Shown here one piece after another: positions 1-8,473 of a stretch of DNA of 32,000 nucleotides. Source of the stretch: an archaeon. Lineage in GTDB: Archaea; Asgardarchaeota; Thorarchaeia; Thorarchaeales; Thorarchaeaceae. The notes beneath the pieces were generated by a model, which had not been told where the DNA came from, searched no databases, and saw only the letters and a program-made list of their open reading frames with translations. Within the stretch, counting starts at the first letter, position 1; every line of letters starts with the position of its first letter. The DNA is taken from NCBI GenBank assembly GCA_024275415.1, contig JAJRZD010000032.1:1-32000 (forward strand). The letters are read 5' to 3'. The position numbers were made by a program, and so were the translations under genes.

Positions 1-284
1 TTCTGCATGGCCTCAAAACGGTCATCTATCTGCTTCTGCATGGCCTCAAAACGGTCATCTATCTGCTTCTGCATGGCCTCAAAACGGTCATCTATCTGCT
101 TCTGCATGGCCTCAAAACGGTCATCTATCTGCTTCTGCATAGCCTCAAAACGCTTGTCCATAGCCTCGAAACGGTCATCCATCTGCTTCTGCATAGCCTC
201 AAAACGCTTGTCCATAGCCTCGAAACGGTCATCCATCTGCTTCTGCATAGCCTCGAAACGCTTGTCCATAGCCTCGAAACGGTC
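1..284. repeat. Coding tandem repeat: four identical 33-bp units (1-132), then 54-bp units (21+33 bp) at 133-186, 187-240 and a partial one at 241-284
   Basis: Read directly: ttctgcatggcctcaaaacggtcatctatctgc x4, then units combining cttgtccatagcctcgaaacg with a 33-bp variant. All unit lengths are multiples of 3. Confidence 0.95.
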
Positions 285-467
285 GGACGTATCTATTCTC
301 AACTGTCTGATTTCTTGCAATAGCTCGGCAAGCTCATCGCGTTTGACGTATGTCCCAGGCTCTATTGCTTCTAAGAACTGCTCTCGAAGGGATGTATCCT
401 TCCTTAATGCCTCTAGAACCTTTCTGGCAATCTCCTTCTCATCAGAGTTCCGTTTGGATTGCGTCAT
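1..467 (-). CDS. Coiled-coil repeat protein, 3'-partial (resembles the N-terminal coiled coils of archaeal DUF3782/PD-(D/E)XK nuclease-type proteins)
   Basis: Absent from the ORF track because it runs off the window. ATG at 467 gives an open frame to base 1: MTQSKRNSDEKEIARKVLEALRKD...YVKRDELAELLQEIRQLRIDTSD(RFEAMDK-RFEAMQKQMDD)n(RFEAMQKQIDD)n. The nuclease link is recalled from family knowledge; the C-terminus is outside the window. Confidence 0.85.
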   Translation of the reverse strand, partial: MTQSKRNSDEKEIARKVLEALRKDTSLREQFLEAIEPGTYVKRDELAELLQEIRQLRIDTSDRFEAMDKRFEAMQKQMDDRFEAMDKRFEAMQKQMDDRFEAMDKRFEAMQKQIDDRFEAMQKQIDDRFEAMQKQIDDRFEAMQKQIDDRFEAMQ

Positions 468-498
468 TAATACTCAATCATTGTTTCGTGAAATACCA

Positions 499-504
499 TT
501 TAAA
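499..504 (-). promoter_or_regulatory. Candidate TATA box (TTTAAA) for the coiled-coil gene
   Basis: About 32 bp upstream of ATG 467, the typical archaeal spacing. Confidence 0.4.
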
Positions 505-822
505 CATATGTCAGAATGTGCCGTATGAAACACGACTTTCATGGAGTATCTAGAGTCATTCAATTCCTCTGATGACTGTTATCAGTTTACCGCGAAATCT
601 ACGGATCCAGCTGAAGAATTGTTGCAACAATGTCGAGCAAAGTCTATTGAACTACCTGAGCAACACTTTGTTCGCACTTGCCAAAAAAGAATGGAACGGG
701 CTTTGGTTTGTTAATATTCGCTAGTTGCTGGACACTGAAAGGGCATATTGGAACGAAGTGATAAAGTCATTAGGGGGTTTAGTTCATATCAATGCTCCTG
801 AAACAAAGAATGGTGAAAGTCT

Positions 823-2160
823 GTGAATGATGAACTTGTACCTGATGATCTGAAAAAGGCGTATAGAAAGAAGGAGATACTCGAAACTGAGAAAAAGCAT
901 GTGGTGCCCACTGTCGGACATTACTATGAGGAGCCTGTTCTCTTCGTGGAGGGAGAAGGTGCAACCCTGAAAGACAGCAATGGCAACGAATACATTGATC
1001 TTTTCGCAGGCATCTGCACGACCATTGCAGGATATGCACATCCGAAGATCGTTGCCACATTGAAATGGCAGGCAGAACGACTTATCTATACAAGTACACT
1101 TTACTCGACAATCCCATATCCGGTGCTAGCAAGAAAGTTGGTGCAAATCGCTCCGGAGGGACTCTCACAGGCATATTTTGTGAATAGTGGTTCTGAGGCT
1201 AATGAGGCAGCCCTCTTCATGGCTAGGAAGTACACAAACAACCCGTACATCATTGCCTGTTCGAGGGCGTACCACGGACGGACTACCCTGACACGTGAGA
1301 TTTCATCGGCAGGATGGCGGTCTGTTCCCGAGCCACACCCATCAGGTGTACGGTTCACACCTTACGGATACTGCTATCGATGCCATTTTGGAAAAGAATA
1401 CCCAGATTGTGACATTGAATGCGCGAGATACTTGAAGGAAGTGATCAGAACCCAGACCAACAATGCCATCGCAGCGTTCATTGCAGAGCCAATACAGGGA
1501 GTTGGAGGCATCATCCAACCACCAAAAGAATATTTTCAGATAGTCCATGAAATTGTGAAAGAATATGGAGGTATCTACATCTCCGACGAGGTTCAGACAG
1601 GATTTGGCAGAACTGGTAAGAGGTGGTGGGGCATACAGCACACCGGAGTAGAACCAGATATCATCACCATGGCAAAGGGATTTGGTGGAGGGATGCCCAT
1701 TGGAGGATTCCTTACGCGACCAGAATACGCATCAGACTATCTAATGATTGATGGCTTCGCGACTTTCGGAGGTAACCCGCTTTCATGTGCGGTGGGTATT
1801 GCCGTGCTTGAAATCATCGAGGAGCAAGGGTATCTCGAGAAGGCATCTAAACATGGCGAGTACATGAAGAATAAACTGAAAGAACTACAAGAGCAGCACA
1901 ATCTAGTTGGCGATGTACGAGGTCAGGGAATGATGATTGGTGTGGAACTGGTTCGTGATAGGGAAACCAAGGAACCGGCCAGTCAGGAAATCCTCACTGT
2001 GATGGAAATTACAAAGAAGAAAGGGCTTCTTATTGGGAAGGGTGGTCTTGATGGCAATGTCATCAGAATTCAGCCTCCTCTAGAACTCACTAAGAACCAG
2101 ATTGACTCTGCAATTACGATTCTGGATGAAACCTTCTCTGAGGTTGAGGAGAAACTGTAG
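823..2160 (+). CDS. Class III PLP-dependent aminotransferase (beta-alanine/4-aminobutyrate or AGXT2-like)
   Basis: Motifs YIDLFAGI, NSGSEAN, YHG, AEPIQG, SDEVQTGFGRTG, TMAKG (PLP lysine), TFGGNPL, VRGQG. Substrate inferred from the neighbouring ureidopropionase and dihydropyrimidinase. Confidence 0.92.
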   Translation: MNDELVPDDLKKAYRKKEILETEKKHVVPTVGHYYEEPVLFVEGEGATLKDSNGNEYIDLFAGICTTIAGYAHPKIVATLKWQAERLIYTSTLYSTIPYPVLARKLVQIAPEGLSQAYFVNSGSEANEAALFMARKYTNNPYIIACSRAYHGRTTLTREISSAGWRSVPEPHPSGVRFTPYGYCYRCHFGKEYPDCDIECARYLKEVIRTQTNNAIAAFIAEPIQGVGGIIQPPKEYFQIVHEIVKEYGGIYISDEVQTGFGRTGKRWWGIQHTGVEPDIITMAKGFGGGMPIGGFLTRPEYASDYLMIDGFATFGGNPLSCAVGIAVLEIIEEQGYLEKASKHGEYMKNKLKELQEQHNLVGDVRGQGMMIGVELVRDRETKEPASQEILTVMEITKKKGLLIGKGGLDGNVIRIQPPLELTKNQIDSAITILDETFSEVEEKL

Positions 2161-2166
2161 GTCACA

Positions 2167-3039
2167 CTATGGTTTGGTCAGATCATCGTAGGACTCTGGA
2201 CGGCGGTCTCTAAAGAACTGCCAGACATTCCGAACCTCACGAATCATATCCAAGTCGATTTCAGCAACGACCAGCTCCTCGTTCTCACGGGATCCTTTAA
2301 CGACTATCTGTCCCCGTGGGTCGGCCACATATGAACTCCCATAGAACATACCTGTCTTCCATGGCTCCTCGCCAACTCGGTTGATTGCTGCTATAAAATA
2401 CCCATTGGCAACAGCATGTGCAGGCTGCTCGATGCTCCATAGGTGCTCTTACAGCCCTGCGACAGTAGCAGACGGGTTGAACACGATCTCGGCCCCGTTC
2501 AGTCCTAACGCCCGTGCACCTTCGGGGAAGTGACGGTCATAGCATATGTAGAGACCTACCTTTCCGAAGGGTGTTTCAAAAACGGGATAGCCCAAGTTAC
2601 CGGGTCGGAAGTAAAACTTCTCCCAGAATCCGGGGTCGAGATGTGGAATGTGCATCTTTCTGAACTTGCCCAAGATGCTTCCATCGGTATTGAATATCAC
2701 TGCGGTGTTGTAATATACACCCACTTGATCCTCTTCATACATTGGTGCGATGAGAACAAGGTTGTGCTTCTTTGCCAACTTGCCCATTCGCTCAGTCAGA
2801 GGACCAGGGATCGGCTCGGCATACTTGTACCAACGACGGTCCTGTTCTGCACAGAAATAGGGTCCAAAGAACAGCTCCTGAAAACAGAGAATTTGAACGT
2901 TCTGCTGTTCGGCCATCATGGCGAACCCTTCATGTTTCCGGATCATCCTCTCAATATTCTCTTCGATGGTCGCTTCATCAGAAACGTCACCATCCCATTT
3001 TGCCTGAACTAATCCAATGCGGACATTACGCATGCTCAT
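2167..3039 (-). pseudogene. Beta-ureidopropionase/N-carbamoyl-amidohydrolase (nitrilase family) interrupted by one in-frame TAA at codon 197
   Basis: Catalytic E (FQELF), K (RKMHIP), C (ICYDRHFPE) and WEKFYF..G are present. ORFs 2449-3039 and 2167-2349 share a frame; reading through gives PSATVAGL*EHLWSIEQPAHAVANGYFIAAINRVG...FYGSSYVADPRG...RDRRPESY, 290 codons. Pseudogene, sequence error and readthrough cannot be told apart from this sequence. Confidence 0.8.
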
Positions 3040-3254
3040 CTCTCCGGTGAAACAGTACCTTGGAATGGTGGTACATCCTCTAATACGTTTTACTACCAGA
3101 AGTATGAAGTATAACGAGTATGTGGTTCACTGAAATTGTGACCACTTGGGGTGTAGTCTGAATATATCTCATCAGCCATGCATTTTCTCATGGTCGTAGT
3201 GCATTGTCGGCCCAGAACCATCAGAAAAAATGTTCTCAATATGAATGGAATTGT

Positions 3255-3262
3255 CTTATATG
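3255..3262 (+). promoter_or_regulatory. Candidate TATA box (CTTATATG) for the 3311-6239 genes
   Basis: Same CTTATA core as other predicted promoters here; about 50 bp upstream of ATG 3311, with GGAGG at 3305-3309. Confidence 0.4.
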
Positions 3263-3310
3263 ATGGTTTCATATTGATATAGACCTAATGTAGTTAACAT
3301 TCCTGGAGGA

Positions 3311-3940
3311 ATGACAGTGGTACTCGTACTGATGAACTATGCATATCTTACTGTAAGCCTAGCACTATTGCTTTGTATGTTTCCTGTGGCAAGAAGATAT
3401 ATGGAGAGCAAGAACAACGTCATGCTTCTGTTCATAGCGTTCCTTCTCATCTTTGTTATCTCGGGTGTCCTAGGATTTGCTCATGGACTGTTCGACATCG
3501 GGTCAACTGAAGCCGCAATCATCCAGAAGTCAGGACTTGTCCTAGGGATTGCTGCAAGTGCCCAGTTCACGCTCTTCTTGTTGTTCCCACTGAGAGAGCA
3601 GTTTGAAGGGTCGATAGTGAAGCCTTTCCTGTTGCTTGTCCCGATACTGTTCTATCTGTTTGCAGGGATTTCCTTTGCCGTGTTAATGGCAAACCTTGCC
3701 TCCTCAACCCCATTCTGGGTCATCCTCGGATTGCTTGCAACAGCTTTCTTTAACATGATAATCCTCGCGATAGTAGTGATTCGTGAGCAAGAGCCCACGT
3801 ACAAGCGCAGAGTTTCAATACTCCTTATCGGATATGTCATATTCGTGCTAGCATCATTCGTCAGAAGTGAGGAGATTGCAATTCCGTTATTGATGATCAT
3901 TGGCATACTTATTATGACAGTAGGCATCCTGAAAAGGTGA
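3311..3940 (+). CDS. Polytopic membrane protein (about 6-7 hydrophobic segments), function unknown
   Basis: 209 aa, almost entirely hydrophobic stretches with short loops; 7-bp gap to the next gene. Confidence 0.75.
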   Translation: MTVVLVLMNYAYLTVSLALLLCMFPVARRYMESKNNVMLLFIAFLLIFVISGVLGFAHGLFDIGSTEAAIIQKSGLVLGIAASAQFTLFLLFPLREQFEGSIVKPFLLLVPILFYLFAGISFAVLMANLASSTPFWVILGLLATAFFNMIILAIVVIREQEPTYKRRVSILLIGYVIFVLASFVRSEEIAIPLLMIIGILIMTVGILKR

Positions 3941-3947
3941 GCAATTA

Positions 3948-4769
3948 ATGTCCGACACCAAGAGCCTGTATGTCTTCTGCCAGAAGTGTCATGAGAACAT
4001 CCTTGTGGATATCGAAACGGATGCAGTAGAGAAGATGGCAAGTGGTATCACAAGCGTGCTTTCTGTACATGGTAATCCCCAACATGCCGCACTCATCTAT
4101 GTGGACAAGAATTACATGGTGCGCGGGGTCGAGTACCCGTCATCCCTAGAGATAGAGAAGACTGTCACTACAGTGGTCGAGTCCACTAGGACATCGTATA
4201 GACAGGAATACCTGTCGTTCTCATCGCTTGTTGACCTGTTCGGGAAGAAACGAAAAGAGGCGGTATGGGCATTCTCAAGAATCATCACACAAGCATTTCT
4301 TGGCGGTTCGGTGTACATTGTACACGATAGCCCGACCACAGCCTCTACTGTGGTCGAAAGATTGCAGGAGTTTTTCACAGAAGATGTACACATTGCAGCG
4401 GTAACACATGACCAAGTAAAGAGTCTGTCACCTTCGGACTGTGTTTACTCCATCCAGACTGACGAGTTCATCTCAGAGGGCAATAGCATAACCACTAAGA
4501 CTCTTGAAAAGATGGTCGTCCAGTGCCTCAAGGATGAGAGCAGTTTCTTCAGGTTCAAGCTTGACTTGAGCAAGCTTGCCTTCGCGTACAGGAATGTCAA
4601 AGGGATATTGGCAGAACAAAAAGGCAAGATAAAAGATACCGAGATTGCAAAGAAAGCCAAGATTGAGGTGGAGAATGTGCCCTTTCTGCTCGAAATGGCA
4701 GAAAGCGAAGGAATGGATGTGTCCGGAGTCATTCACAACGGCCTGAGCAGGATCGCACGCGGGTTCTAG
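3948..4769 (+). CDS. Hypothetical protein: N-terminal CxxC...H...H putative Zn domain, central DENN-like segment, possible C-terminal HTH
   Basis: CQKC...VHGNPQH...IYVDKNYMVRG at the N-terminus. LVDLFG...IITQAFLGGSVYIVHDSP...VVERLQEFF resembles the cDENN core by eye (inference). Confidence 0.7.
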   Translation: MSDTKSLYVFCQKCHENILVDIETDAVEKMASGITSVLSVHGNPQHAALIYVDKNYMVRGVEYPSSLEIEKTVTTVVESTRTSYRQEYLSFSSLVDLFGKKRKEAVWAFSRIITQAFLGGSVYIVHDSPTTASTVVERLQEFFTEDVHIAAVTHDQVKSLSPSDCVYSIQTDEFISEGNSITTKTLEKMVVQCLKDESSFFRFKLDLSKLAFAYRNVKGILAEQKGKIKDTEIAKKAKIEVENVPFLLEMAESEGMDVSGVIHNGLSRIARGF

Positions 4770-4847
4770 GAACAAGCCACGCCCAGCCTAAAGCCATTTA
4801 TTGTGGCATCTCAATAGAAGAGTTCCAATGAAAGAGGAGGCCATAAT

Positions 4848-6239
4848 ATGTCCGATTATGATTTAGTGATTTCTGGAGGCACAGTGGTTACTGCGACAGA
4901 CATGTTTCAGGCTGATATCGGTGTGAAAGATGAGAAGATTACAGCGATAGGAAAGAATCTGCAAGTAGGTTCTGATACGACACTCATAGACGCAAAAGGG
5001 AAGTATGTTTTTCCTGGGGGTATTGATGTCCATGTCCATTTCCAATTGCCGTTCTCAGGAACCGTTTCTGCTGATGACTTCGAGAACGGGACGAAAGCGG
5101 CTGCCTGCGGCGGAGTCACAACAGTGCTTGATTTCGCAATACAGCAGAAAGGTTCCACCATAATGGATGCAGTCAAGGCGCGGCGTGCCGAAGCAGATCC
5201 CAACGTCTGCATAGACTATGGGCTTCATGCTGCGATTACTGATTGGAATGAGAGGACACAGGATGAGATCAAGCAGATCATCGACTATGGTATCCCCACA
5301 TTCAAGATGTTCATGATCTACAAGAACGAGGGGTGGATGGCTGATGATGGTATGCTGTTTCAAGCACTGGAAGAAACGAAAAAGCATGGCGGGCACATCG
5401 GTGTTCATGCTGAGAGCGTAGATATTCTGGACATGCTAATTGAACGTTATGCCAAGGAAAAGGAGAAGTGGGGGGCGTATGGGCATGCCCTGTCACGTCC
5501 CTGCTATACTGAAGAAGAAGCAATAATCCGAGCCATAAAATGGGCTGAGGTCACTGGTGGGAGATTGTATATAGTCCATATGTCAACTGGAGAAGGAGCA
5601 GATGCAGTTCGGGCAGGGAGAGCGAGAGGCGTCGATGTCTATGCGGAAACCTGTCCTCAATACCTCCTACTTGATGATGAGGTGTTCAAAGGTGAAAATG
5701 GACACCTCTATGCTACATGCCCACAAATCAAGAAACCTCACGACAGTGAACGCCTGTGGAAGGGGCTGCAGGAAGGCGATGTCCAAATAATCGCCACTGA
5801 CACTTGCACATTTACTACTGAGCAAAAGGCAGCTTGGAATGGCGACTTCCGGAAAATACCATTCGGGATGCCCGGAGTAGAAACAATGATTCCTCTCATA
5901 TACACTGAAGGAGTAGGAAAAAGGGGACTCTCGCTGAATCAATTCGTTGCCTTAGTAAGTACAAACCCTGCAAAGCTCTTTGGTATGTACCCCCAGAAAG
6001 GTGCGCTGGAAGTCGGTAGTGATGCTGACATCATGGTGTTCGATCCAGAAAGGGAAATCACAATCCGTGCATCAGACCTTCAGACGAATTGCGACTGGAA
6101 CCCGTTTGAGGGCTGGGAGTTGAAAGGATACCCGTTTGCAACAATATCACGGGGCAAGATTATCGCAACGGAAGGCAAATTCGTAGGCGAAGTCGGTCAC
6201 GGTAGATTCCTACAACGCAAGCCACACGGGAACTTGTGA
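4848..6239 (+). CDS. hydA: Dihydropyrimidinase (D-hydantoinase)
   Basis: PGGIDVHVHF (HxH), AAACGGVTT, FKMFM (carboxylated Lys), VHAES, IVHMST, ETCPQYL, ATDTC, GMPGVET, NPAKLFG, GSDADI. GAGGAGG ribosome-binding site just upstream. Confidence 0.93.
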   Translation: MSDYDLVISGGTVVTATDMFQADIGVKDEKITAIGKNLQVGSDTTLIDAKGKYVFPGGIDVHVHFQLPFSGTVSADDFENGTKAAACGGVTTVLDFAIQQKGSTIMDAVKARRAEADPNVCIDYGLHAAITDWNERTQDEIKQIIDYGIPTFKMFMIYKNEGWMADDGMLFQALEETKKHGGHIGVHAESVDILDMLIERYAKEKEKWGAYGHALSRPCYTEEEAIIRAIKWAEVTGGRLYIVHMSTGEGADAVRAGRARGVDVYAETCPQYLLLDDEVFKGENGHLYATCPQIKKPHDSERLWKGLQEGDVQIIATDTCTFTTEQKAAWNGDFRKIPFGMPGVETMIPLIYTEGVGKRGLSLNQFVALVSTNPAKLFGMYPQKGALEVGSDADIMVFDPEREITIRASDLQTNCDWNPFEGWELKGYPFATISRGKIIATEGKFVGEVGHGRFLQRKPHGNL

Positions 6240-6243
6240 TGAT

Positions 6244-6270
6244 AAATTGGTGCATTATTCCGACCAATTT
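6244..6270. terminator. Inverted repeat between convergent genes, possible bidirectional terminator
   Basis: AAATTGGT (6244-6251) / ACCAATTT (6263-6270): 8-bp stem, 11-nt loop, in the 36-bp gap between two stop codons. Confidence 0.35.
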
Positions 6271-6275
6271 GCAGT

Positions 6276-7097
6276 TTAGAAGATGACGGATGCCTTGGTG
6301 TCCCATCGGGTGTACAGCTTGGCATCCGGCTGGAGAATGAGATAGCGTGGATCTTCTTGCTCCTCTGATACCATACAGTCATCATTCCAAACCACGCCCA
6401 TCCCAAAGGCATCGTATTTCCATAGTCCCAATGCTAGTAACTCGAGCTTCTTATGGCGCTTGTCTGACTTGAATTCCTTCGCCAAGTCCGCGTACTTTCC
6501 TGACGCCATGTGGTTTGCCCCGTATATTTTCTTGAATGATACCTGATCTGGTTTCCATTTCGCCGATAGTTCATTCAGGATATATTCCAGCGAGCGATCA
6601 TCGAACCAATTCGTCATGGCAATGGAAAGCCTGAGTGTGAAGCCATTTGTGCGGATTGATTCACACAGGGCTATCGGGTCATATTGATATCTGTCAGGAA
6701 TTCTCATGATTTTGATAATGGCATCCTTCTCCAATGCAGGCAGTGACAGAGAGATCACACGTATGCCATAGTCATAGAGCAGGTCGAGTTTCTCATCGGT
6801 CAATCCAACACCACTTGTTTGTAGCTCCACATGGGCAAGCCTAGGAGTTACCTTGTTAATGAGTTCCATGATGTCACGGATGTATGTCATGTTGAGTGTG
6901 GGCTCTCCATGACTTGTGACCATCACTGACGCAACTCGGTCGGCCGCGTATCTGAGACGCCTTTCGACCTCCCTCTGCCAGAGGTCGTGGTCACGCCTCC
7001 ATAATGTCCTGAATTTCGTAGCATGTTGACGGTACACGCAGAATCCACAGTCATTCATACACCCCGCGGGCACCGTGACTTGAAGTGATCCAATCAT
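6276..7097 (-). CDS. Radical SAM protein, uncharacterised subfamily
   Basis: CMNDCGFC (CxxxCxxC, 7038-7061), TSHGEP, ELQTSG, ISLSL. No obvious SPASM cysteine cluster. Start placed at ATG 7097; the ORF track extends to TTG 7160. Confidence 0.85.
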   Translation of the reverse strand: MIGSLQVTVPAGCMNDCGFCVYRQHATKFRTLWRRDHDLWQREVERRLRYAADRVASVMVTSHGEPTLNMTYIRDIMELINKVTPRLAHVELQTSGVGLTDEKLDLLYDYGIRVISLSLPALEKDAIIKIMRIPDRYQYDPIALCESIRTNGFTLRLSIAMTNWFDDRSLEYILNELSAKWKPDQVSFKKIYGANHMASGKYADLAKEFKSDKRHKKLELLALGLWKYDAFGMGVVWNDDCMVSEEQEDPRYLILQPDAKLYTRWDTKASVIF

Positions 7098-7509
7098 CAG
7101 ATGTTCATCCACCAAGTCACAATAAACCGGTATTTGATTTAAATGTGTAACAAGTGCCAATATTTGCCAAGAGTCCTAGGTATTGGACAAATCCTCTGAT
7201 ATGATTCACGATGACATGTTTCTTAATCCACATCGGACAATCTAAAGGTTGCCAACAGCTGTACAAAACCTAGACAATCTTGACATCTTGTTGTGGGTGG
7301 TTACATAGTTTCGACGAAACACACTCGGTGAGGCCGTCCATGAGATGCGTAGGATCTCACAGAGTTCATCCAGTACCGTGTTCTGAGAGTACAACACTCG
7401 GGTGTCAAAGCTTGTATAACTCACAATGAACGGTGTGTGATTGTAGAACGGAGGGTCAAGCCATGGGGGAACCGAGTGTCGATTAACTAGACACCAGTAA
7501 TTGGCTATA

Positions 7510-7938
7510 TCATGATATGCTTGCAAGGTATTTTCGTATTGCACCACTGAACTCTGAGGCGTCGTTCACCAATTGGTCTATGGAGTCCCATATGATTCTA
7601 AAATCAATTTCGAGATATTGATGGACTAGGAGGTTTCTCATGGCAACAGCCTGTTGCAGACTCTTGGCTAAGGCTTGGGATATGACATTGTTCGATGCAA
7701 GAAGTGTGATTGTGCCTCGATATGTTTCGCTAATGCCCCAATGCCTTTGAGCAATGATATGACTGCAAATATCAAGTATAGATTGCACAATCAACTCTAT
7801 TGCCTTTGACACGGCTCTCATACTTGTTCCATCACTGAGGAAATCATCAACCTCTACCTTTTTTTTGCTCCTCAGGAATTCGATTTCCTCTAGGATTTTT
7901 GTCAGCCTTCGTTGGATGAGGATTTCATCGAAGGTCAT
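7510..7938 (-). CDS. hepT: HEPN (DUF86/HepT-like) ribonuclease toxin
   Basis: RNLLVHQY matches RX4HXY. About 142 aa from ATG 7938, preceded by GGGGGTGA; overlaps the upstream MNT stop. Confidence 0.88.
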   Translation of the reverse strand: MTFDEILIQRRLTKILEEIEFLRSKKKVEVDDFLSDGTSMRAVSKAIELIVQSILDICSHIIAQRHWGISETYRGTITLLASNNVISQALAKSLQQAVAMRNLLVHQYLEIDFRIIWDSIDQLVNDASEFSGAIRKYLASIS

Positions 7939-8347
7939 CACAGTCACCCCCAAGAGTGGCCCGTAAGAACCGTTGCTCAAAGATTCTGTAGTCGGGATAG
8001 TAAATGAGGACATCTTCTATGAAGTTAGCCCATGAATCACTCTCTTTCTGATAGAGTACGTTACCATCTCGTGCAATACGATAGCGGAGACTCCAGCCAA
8101 CGTCTTCGATGATAACAACATCCACCTTGAGTCTGGGCCCCTCAAACTGCGAGATGATATTAAGGCGCAGTTTGAATCGTTCTGTGTCGTCCTGAACTGA
8201 GGTGCTCACTGCAATGTCCAAATCACTATGCGAATGGTGGTCACCTCGTGCTCGAGAGCCAAAGAGAACAATGAGATTAATATCATGGGGTGCAGCAACA
8301 GCCAGCACTCCCCGGACAAGCTCGTCATGCTCTAGCATCTTGAACAT
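7925..8347 (-). CDS. mntA: Minimal nucleotidyltransferase (MNT) antitoxin
   Basis: LFGSRARGDHHSHSDLDIAV (GSX10DXD) and VDVVII. CTTATATG at 8393-8386 supports a start at 8347 or 8338. Confidence 0.9.
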   Translation of the reverse strand: MFKMLEHDELVRGVLAVAAPHDINLIVLFGSRARGDHHSHSDLDIAVSTSVQDDTERFKLRLNIISQFEGPRLKVDVVIIEDVGWSLRYRIARDGNVLYQKESDSWANFIEDVLIYYPDYRIFEQRFLRATLGGDCDDLR

Positions 8348-8473
8348 CTCGGTATGTGGTACTAGGTGTGGGTAATCAACCATGGCATATAAGCTAGAAG
8401 GTGATCGGGGTTTCACTGGTTTAGATATTCATGACCATGGGAAGTCTGAATACAAAGCCCATCACGCCTCAAC

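Noticed and set aside
1-284. Tandem repeats as a CRISPR array
   Set aside because: No unique spacers; units are contiguous multiples of 3 encoding a coiled coil on the minus strand. The + strand ORF 7-528 is its antisense shadow.
572-724. 50-codon + strand ORF in the first intergenic region
   Set aside because: No motif, ribosome-binding site or other support.
3122-3145. Imperfect inverted repeat GTGGTTCAC-N7-GTGACCAC upstream of the nitrilase
   Set aside because: Needs a bulge and occurs once; too weak to call an operator.
6276-7097. Radical SAM protein as a viperin homologue
   Set aside because: Beyond CxxxCxxC I see none of the viperin-type features (e.g. N-x-H-x4-CNYxCxFCF, GGEP); not supportable without a search.
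7242-7547. 101-aa minus-strand ORF
   Set aside because: Overlaps the HEPN 3' end, has no recognisable motif or start signal; left unannotated.
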